Positions 29,412 through 34,938 of a stretch of 36,771 nt of DNA are shown here, in pieces. The number at the start of each line of letters is the position of its first letter. Position 1 is the first letter of the stretch. The stretch is from positions 1 through 36,771 of IMG/VR virus record IMGVR_UViG_3300027956_000024; one strand, 5' to 3'. Under the pieces are notes generated by a model. It saw nothing but the letters and a program-made list of their open reading frames with translations. It was not told the origin of the DNA and ran no database searches. The DNA is from a virus. Lineage: Duplodnaviria > Caudoviricetes. The translations under genes were made by a program, and so were the position numbers.

Positions 29412-31081
29412 TGCGTACGTTACCGCCCTCCGTAGCCACTCTCGTAGCCCTCTATGAGGAGCCTACGGAGCCAGGGGACGTTACGTTTACTTGGCCGGAA
29501 GTTCCGCCAGGGACGCAGGCCACGTTCGAGTTGACGCAGGCCCCGGCTGAGAGCACCGCGACCGCTTCCCTCTCCGGTGTTCTCGCGGACGCTGATCTGC
29601 CGGGTGCCTACGTTCTCGAGCGCACCTGCTCGTTGATGGGCCACGCTGTCCGTAAAGACGTAGCTGTAGCCTTCCTGAACACGGCTGCTGAGGTGGCCGA
29701 CCTCGCCTGGGCCGCCCCGGACGCAACCCTCGTCACCGCCGGCACCACCTTTGGCGCTGTCTCGTGGCCGACCCCCACGGGCGGCGCAGGCGGCTACACC
29801 TACAGCGCCGCAGCCTTCGTCGCCGACTCCGCAGGCGCTTCGAGCACCGCGACCGTCTCCACCGCCGGCACCGCGCCAGGCACGTCCACCGTTTCGGGGC
29901 TGGCTAACAATCAAACGGTCGTGCTCCAGCGCACCGTGACCGACAGCGACGGCGAGACCGTCACCGTGCAAGCCGCGGTCACCGTCGCCGCGACCGCAGC
30001 CGGCGTCACCCCCGGCACCGCGCCCGCGGGGCAGACCCTGGCGGCGGGCACCCCGTCGGCCACGATCGGAACGTGGGGCGCCCCGAGCGGCGGGACAGGC
30101 CCCTACACCTACGCGCTCACTGAGCCCGGCGGGTCGGGCGTCACCATCAGCGGGTCCGGCCTCGGCCCGTGGACCGTGGCGGGCCTGACGGATGGCGTGA
30201 CGTACGTCTTTTTGCTGACGATCACGGACTCGCTCGGCGCCAAGGGCTACTCCGTCGTCACCATCTCCGTCGCCGCGGTCGTTTCGACTGGAGCGTGGGA
30301 GGTTGTGGGCGAGACCAACTTTGCGGACGGCGACTGGACCGACCTTGAAAGCACCGCCGCGACCGCTGCGACGCCCCAACACCTGCTCTATGCAGCGGAT
30401 GGAACCACCCAACGGGCCTTCAGCCGCAACACCAGCACCTCGGCGCGAACGCTAATCCTCGACGGCGACACCGGTATCACGCTGCGGAACGGTTCGACTG
30501 CCGTGCAGCCGTCCGTAGGCATCGTTCCCGGCGGGTGGTCGGGGATGGCTGGCGCGTCCCGCCGAGACGCGCACATCCTGCAGATGCAAGTAGGCGGTTA
30601 TGAGACTGCGGGCACGTCCAACTTTGTCCACGTTGTCGGGATTTCGACTACTTCCGCAAACAGCAGCCCGCTCATGGGCTTTCGCGTGGTAAACACTGGC
30701 AGCAACGTGTTGGTCACGTTCTACAGCTATTATCTTTCCGACAGTGTGACTCTTCGTACCATCCCGACTGGAGTTGACCGGCGGTGGTCTGCTGATTTCC
30801 AGCTAGTTATCCTCGACGGTGGCTCCAGCCATCGGGCCTACGTCACCGTGAACCCGACCGGGTGGGCTGACCCGCTGACAGGCCAGCGGGTGTCCATCCA
30901 GGCGCCCAGCCGCACACTAACGCTTGGTGACTGGCCGACTGCGGCAACGTGGACCGCTGGGACCGACAGCGGGCGCCCCGCGGTCGTTTTGTACCACGAC
31001 GGTGGCAGTGTCACGCTCACCGAGTCCGGCGTCATGGTGACCCGGTGTCGTCATCTTCGCCTGCCCGGGGGATCACTGTAA
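29411..31081 (+). CDS. Fibre/adhesin-like protein with tandem Ig/FN3-like domains
   Basis: Two repeats W-x-x-P-(T/S)-GG-x-G-x-YTY...V-x-GL...T-(V/I)-TDS-x-G, then a beta-rich C-terminal domain. Confidence 0.7.
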   Translation: MRTLPPSVATLVALYEEPTEPGDVTFTWPEVPPGTQATFELTQAPAESTATASLSGVLADADLPGAYVLERTCSLMGHAVRKDVAVAFLNTAAEVADLAWAAPDATLVTAGTTFGAVSWPTPTGGAGGYTYSAAAFVADSAGASSTATVSTAGTAPGTSTVSGLANNQTVVLQRTVTDSDGETVTVQAAVTVAATAAGVTPGTAPAGQTLAAGTPSATIGTWGAPSGGTGPYTYALTEPGGSGVTISGSGLGPWTVAGLTDGVTYVFLLTITDSLGAKGYSVVTISVAAVVSTGAWEVVGETNFADGDWTDLESTAATAATPQHLLYAADGTTQRAFSRNTSTSARTLILDGDTGITLRNGSTAVQPSVGIVPGGWSGMAGASRRDAHILQMQVGGYETAGTSNFVHVVGISTTSANSSPLMGFRVVNTGSNVLVTFYSYYLSDSVTLRTIPTGVDRRWSADFQLVILDGGSSHRAYVTVNPTGWADPLTGQRVSIQAPSRTLTLGDWPTAATWTAGTDSGRPAVVLYHDGGSVTLTESGVMVTRCRHLRLPGGSL

Positions 31082-31308
31082 TGCACGTCATCTACGAGTG
31101 GGAGCAGACCCCACCGCCCGAGGGCCTTGTCTCCATTGTCGTGCGGTTGAGCCACGCCGAGGCCAGCGCCCTCATCGACGCGACGACCAACAGCGCCACC
31201 ACCCCGAGCGCCGCCGACTCCCGCGCCATCGCCCGGCCGATCGGGCTGGCGCTCCAGGCCGCGGTTGCCGACGGCTCCCTGGAGCTCCCGGGACCGCCCG
31301 CACCATAA
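31081..31308 (+). CDS. Hypothetical protein (75 aa)
   Basis: TAATG coupling to the fibre gene; GC3-biased. Confidence 0.65.
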   Translation: MHVIYEWEQTPPPEGLVSIVVRLSHAEASALIDATTNSATTPSAADSRAIARPIGLALQAAVADGSLELPGPPAP

Positions 31309-31328
31309 ATACAGCATAGGAGCAGACA

Positions 31329-31595
31329 ATGGCTACCCCCGCAAAGGGCAAGGCGAAGGCCAAGACATACGTAAATCCCGACACCGGGCGCAAGAACACC
31401 GTCTCCTATGGGCAGGCCGGCGCTGCCACGGACGGCGGCCCGAGGGTGCGCCCGGGGACCTCGAAAGGGGACGCCTACTGCGCGAGGAGCGCCGGGCAGA
31501 TGAGGGACCACCCCGAGGCCGCGAAGAACCCAAAAAGCCCCCTGCGCCTGTCGCGTCAGGCGTGGGCGTGCGAGGGTGAGAAGTCTAAGAAGTAG
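31329..31595 (+). CDS. Small basic phage protein (DUF6321-like)
   Basis: AGGAG RBS; VSYGQAG...PGTSKGDAYCARSAG...SPLRLSRQAWAC matches, from memory, a widespread small phage family. Confidence 0.65.
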   Translation: MATPAKGKAKAKTYVNPDTGRKNTVSYGQAGAATDGGPRVRPGTSKGDAYCARSAGQMRDHPEAAKNPKSPLRLSRQAWACEGEKSKK

Positions 31596-31606
31596 AGGAA
31601 GTGACC

Positions 31607-31705
31607 GTGTCGAAGAAGCCGATGCCCAAGCCCCCGCCGAAGAAGACGTGGCAGGACACCAAACTCCCGCCCAAGAGTGGGAGCACCAAGAAGAAGATGT
31701 GCTGA
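31607..31705 (+). CDS. 32-aa Lys/Pro-rich peptide (MSKKPMPKPPPKKTWQDTKLPPKSGSTKKKMC)
   Basis: GAGGA RBS 7 nt before GTG; fills the gap; GC3-biased codons; below the ORF-track length cutoff. Confidence 0.6.
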   Translation: MSKKPMPKPPPKKTWQDTKLPPKSGSTKKKMC

Positions 31706-31722
31706 CGCACCCAGGAGAGGAC

Positions 31723-32127
31723 ATGGCCCGCTTCGAGGGGAGGAAGGTCTGGAACCTGACAGGGCACCACGTTCGGCTGCTCCGAAAGGGGGACCAGAGC
31801 ATCGTCTGGAACTCTGACGGCCTGCTCCGCGTAGCGGCCGGGCCGAAGGTGGATGGCCGCACGCTGTTCCTCACGTCGCCTGCGGGCAGCCCGGTCTGCG
31901 TCGGCGTCTACCGGCCCCCTCTCCCGACCGAGCTGTTCTGCCACGGCTTCCGCCTGGAGGACATCACCGACGAGGACGTGGTCGTGGTCTCGACGCCGTG
32001 CGGCGCCCTGCTCAGAGACAACCCGAACCTGTTGCCGAACGCGAGGTTCGTGCTAAGCCCGATGGGTGCGGACCCCGTCAACGGGCGGAAGGGCGCCAAG
32101 AGCTTCGCGTACTGGAGGGGATTCTGA
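31723..32127 (+). CDS. NLTxH-motif protein (possible Crn4/Unk01-like ring nuclease homologue)
   Basis: AGGAGAGG RBS, ATG 31723; N-terminal WNLTGH, then G-x-x-RV, VVVS and SP spaced like the phage NLTPH family. The function is tentative. Confidence 0.45.
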   Translation: MARFEGRKVWNLTGHHVRLLRKGDQSIVWNSDGLLRVAAGPKVDGRTLFLTSPAGSPVCVGVYRPPLPTELFCHGFRLEDITDEDVVVVSTPCGALLRDNPNLLPNARFVLSPMGADPVNGRKGAKSFAYWRGF

Positions 32128-32525
32128 TGCCGGCTTGCCGCTACGTGGTAGACTTCGGAGAGGTAGGCGACGAGCCTACTGTAGGGATTGAGTCTGCTCC
32201 CGCGGAGGGCATGAACGTGGTCCCCGCGGGCGTGCTGATGCACTACTACATGGAGGTCGCAGAGCTCGACTGCATGGGGGACGAGAATAGCCCCCTGGCG
32301 CAGTTCGTCTACATCGACGTAGTCGTGGAAGGAAACAAGCACGCGGTCAGCGTCAGCATCGACCCAGACACATTCATCAACGGCGTCGGGCTCTTCTACG
32401 TAGGGACGCTTCTCAGCGAGTTCCTGCTCGAGGAGTGGACCGATCGGCTCGACGAGGAGGAGACCGTAGGTCCCCTCGACTTGGCTCGGGGATGGCAAGC
32501 TCCTCGTGAGGACATCGAAGCATGA
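32127..32525 (+). CDS. Highly acidic hypothetical protein (132 aa)
   Basis: TGATG coupling, GGAGG RBS; about 27 D/E vs 5 K/R. Confidence 0.7.
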   Translation: MPACRYVVDFGEVGDEPTVGIESAPAEGMNVVPAGVLMHYYMEVAELDCMGDENSPLAQFVYIDVVVEGNKHAVSVSIDPDTFINGVGLFYVGTLLSEFLLEEWTDRLDEEETVGPLDLARGWQAPREDIEA

Positions 32526-32995
32526 CCACGAAGCCCAAGTTCGTCGTTGGAAGGTCCAGCCAAGGCCATCTCGACGGCTGTCGAGGTGTGCTCTCGATCC
32601 TTGTTCGCAGGGCGCTTGCTCGGGCGGACATGCCTCACGACTTCAAGGTCACGGAGGGGCACCGTCCCAACTCCGAGCAGGACGCCCTCTACGCGAAGGG
32701 CCGGCGGGGAGTGCCCGGCGAGAGGATCGTCACCTACGCCAAGGCCGGGCAGAGTTGGCACAACGTCTGGCCGTCGCAGGCCATCGACATCATGGTCCTC
32801 GTGAAGGGCCGGGAGTGGGACGAGGAGCTGTATGACGCGGTCGCCGCGGTCGTCATCCTCGAATGGGCGCAGATGCAGCGAGAGGGGCTCTGCGTTGAGA
32901 CCCTTCCAGATGGGCAGACCATCACTTGGAACTTGGAGTGGGGCGGCAACTGGCGCCGGCCCGACCGACCACACTTCCAGATCGTCAAGGCGTAA
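32522..32995 (+). CDS. Endolysin, M15 family L-Ala-D-Glu peptidase
   Basis: VTEGHR...EQDALYAKGR, SWHN...AIDI and WGGNW...DRPHFQ zinc-peptidase motifs (Ply500/T5 lys type). Confidence 0.92.
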   Translation: MTTKPKFVVGRSSQGHLDGCRGVLSILVRRALARADMPHDFKVTEGHRPNSEQDALYAKGRRGVPGERIVTYAKAGQSWHNVWPSQAIDIMVLVKGREWDEELYDAVAAVVILEWAQMQREGLCVETLPDGQTITWNLEWGGNWRRPDRPHFQIVKA

Positions 32996-33000
32996 AAGCT

Positions 33001-33028
33001 AAGCCCCACCGGTCTCCCGGCGGGGCTT
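33001..33028. terminator. Hairpin between convergent transcription units
   Basis: AAGCCCC-ACCGG-TCTC-CCGG-C-GGGGCTT directly after the endolysin stop. Confidence 0.7.
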
Positions 33029-33056
33029 GTGACTCCTTCCACTCGTGGTGGATGAG

Positions 33057-33251
33057 CTACTCGACGGGCGCGGGCTCCGCCGCCGGAACGACGACCGCCT
33101 CGACCGCGGCCTCGACGGCAGGCGGGGGCGGCACGGGCACGACGCCCTGGCCGAAGAGGAACTGCCACGCGGCGAGCGCGGCGGCGCCCACGGCGCCAAG
33201 GATGAGGGCGATCTTGCGCTTGCGGGCGGGGGCTGGCTTCGGGTCGGTCAT
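33057..33251 (-). CDS. Small single-TM membrane protein with Pro-rich tail
   Basis: RKRK, then IALILGAVGAAALAAWQFLF; GAGG RBS. Confidence 0.7.
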   Translation of the reverse strand: MTDPKPAPARKRKIALILGAVGAAALAAWQFLFGQGVVPVPPPPAVEAAVEAVVVPAAEPAPVE

Positions 33252-33390
33252 CAGGTCCTCGGGTGCGCCCTCGCAAGGGCGGCTGCTGCGGTGGAGCGGA
33301 TCTTCGCCGCCTCGGGGGTCTCGATCGGCCAGTCGCGGAAGCGCCGTTCGAGCTCTTCAAGGAGGGTCAGGGGCTTGGTCGGAGCCTCAT

Positions 33391-33738
33391 CTACTGCCGG
33401 CGCGGACGGCCGTCCACCGAGCCAGAGAGCATTGAGGCGACTTCGTTTGGGACCGCGGCCAGCCTATCGCTGAGGCGCTCGAGGACAGCCTCAACTCGGG
33501 CGAGGGACGACGTCGTCGCTGCCATCGTGGCGCCCGTAGCGGCGTGGCCTGCTTCGAGGTGGGCGATCTTGTTCGCGTTGACCTCGTGCTTCGCGTTGAG
33601 CTGTGTCTCCAGGGCGTCGATCTTCTTCTCCGCGGCGCTGAGCCGGGTGTGCAAGACGGCCCAGGCGGTGGCGCCGCCCGAGCCCGCGCCGAGGGCGATG
33701 GAGATGATGCTCTCGTAGAGGGCTGGGTCGGACGACAT
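33391..33738 (-). CDS. N-terminal TM plus coiled-coil protein (lysis-associated?); possible -1 frameshift extension to 33251
   Basis: GGAG RBS, hydrophobic IISIALGAGSGGATAWAVL, heptad-like body. Confidence 0.75.
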   Translation of the reverse strand: MSSDPALYESIISIALGAGSGGATAWAVLHTRLSAAEKKIDALETQLNAKHEVNANKIAHLEAGHAATGATMAATTSSLARVEAVLERLSDRLAAVPNEVASMLSGSVDGRPRRQ

Positions 33739-33769
33739 GCAGGGCTCCGCGGCGAAAAGGTGCCGAGGC

Positions 33770-33798
33770 AGCCTAACTTACGCGAGTGGAGGAGTCAA
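33770..33798 (-). promoter_or_regulatory. Sigma70-type promoter for the membrane cassette
   Basis: On the - strand TTGACT-17 nt-TAGGCT, same spacing and -10 as the 28101 promoter. Confidence 0.6.
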
Positions 33799-33923
33799 TG
33801 GACGCACTCGCACAGGCACCTCGGCGCCTCCGACGGAAGGCGCAGAGAGAGCAGCAGCGCCAAGAGCACCCAGGCCAATAGGACCACAAGGATCAGCGAG
33901 CCGTAGTAGGTGGTGTCGCTCAT
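33795..33923 (-). CDS. 42-aa membrane peptide (MSDTTYYGSLILVVLLAWVLLALLLSLRLPSEAPRCLCECVH)
   Basis: ATGA overlap with the upstream gene, GGGGAG RBS, clear TM helix; absent from the ORF track. Confidence 0.6.
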   Translation of the reverse strand: MSDTTYYGSLILVVLLAWVLLALLLSLRLPSEAPRCLCECVH

Positions 33924-34162
33924 AGGGCTCTCCCCTGTTGCCGTTCTTGGTACATGTACGTGATCATCTCATCCCGTGACCCCCCGAGGACCGCGACATC
34001 GGCTACGCACCTCTCCCACGCGCTGTTCGGCCCAGAGCCGTAGATGGGTGTCCAGCGCGCCTCGATGCTCTTCGCCGTCTCTGGAGGCATGGCGGCCTTG
34101 ATCGCCGCGCGCTCCGCCAGGAAGGTATCCACACGCGCCGCTGCTTTCGGGGGTAGGGCCAT
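33920..34162 (-). CDS. Hypothetical protein (80 aa)
   Basis: GGAGG RBS before ATG 34162. Confidence 0.65.
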   Translation of the reverse strand: MALPPKAAARVDTFLAERAAIKAAMPPETAKSIEARWTPIYGSGPNSAWERCVADVAVLGGSRDEMITYMYQERQQGRAL

Positions 34163-34188
34163 AGTTTCTGCCTCCATTGAAAGAGTAA

Positions 34189-34214
34189 CCCCGCCGCGTC
34201 ATGGACGGGCGGGG
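34189..34214 (-). terminator. Intrinsic terminator
   Basis: On the - strand CCCCGCCCGTC-CAT-GACGCGGCGGGG followed by TTACTCTTTC. Confidence 0.6.
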
Positions 34215-34237
34215 CCTGTGTCAGCAAGTTGTCAGGG

Positions 34238-34831
34238 CTACACGGGGATGCGGACGCTCTCGAAGTCAGCGCGGATCTCGTTCGCGAGCTTGATCATGCC
34301 GGGGCTGACGGCGTACGAGTCCTTCGACGACCGCTGAAAGGCGCAGTAGTTGCCCAGCATCGAGTGGATCTCGACGACGTTCTCGTTCGAGGTCGGCAGG
34401 GTGACGCCGACGTTGGCCTGCACGAAGGCGCAGAACGCCCGGCACTTGTCCACGCCCGCGCGCCACAGGCGGGCCTGGAGCAGGAGGAGGGCGCGCTGCT
34501 GCCACAGGGCCGAGCGGCTGGGGGACAGGGCCTCGATGGTGTCGCGCAGGACCTTGCGGCGCTCGGTCAGGGCGTCGAGCTCGGCCTGGAGGGCAGCGAC
34601 CTCGGCGGTGTTGTCGACGGCGTTGGCCTCGGCGTTGAGGGCCTTGGCAGCCTCGAAGGCCGACCCGGCGCGGATGGTCGCCATCGCACGGGCGCGGGAG
34701 TTGGGCCACTTGACCGCGGCGGCGATCTTGACGTTGTCCGGGGGGGTCTCGTCGGTGAGGGCGACCTCGACGATGTGGGTGGTCTCAACGGGGGTCTCGG
34801 TGGCAGCCGCCACGGTGTTGCGCTTGGCCAT
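34238..34831 (-). CDS. Hypothetical coiled-coil protein (197 aa)
   Basis: AGGAGAG RBS before ATG 34831; strong codon bias. Confidence 0.75.
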   Translation of the reverse strand: MAKRNTVAAATETPVETTHIVEVALTDETPPDNVKIAAAVKWPNSRARAMATIRAGSAFEAAKALNAEANAVDNTAEVAALQAELDALTERRKVLRDTIEALSPSRSALWQQRALLLLQARLWRAGVDKCRAFCAFVQANVGVTLPTSNENVVEIHSMLGNYCAFQRSSKDSYAVSPGMIKLANEIRADFESVRIPV

Positions 34832-34938
34832 GATAGTCTCTCCTGGAGGAAGGGCGCCGAGGTTGATCCCCGACGCCCTTTGTTTAGTCCCCTTGCGCGA
34901 TGGGCGCAAGGGGCGTTTCGTAAGAAAACGTGATCGAC

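Noticed and set aside
29411-31081. Diversity-generating retroelement targeting the adhesin
   Set aside because: No reverse transcriptase and no template/variable repeat pair seen in the window.
33367-33390. Mini-ORF MRLRPSP right after the 115-aa gene (- strand)
   Set aside because: Only 7 codons, no RBS, start buried in the hairpin; it does not explain the open -1 frame.
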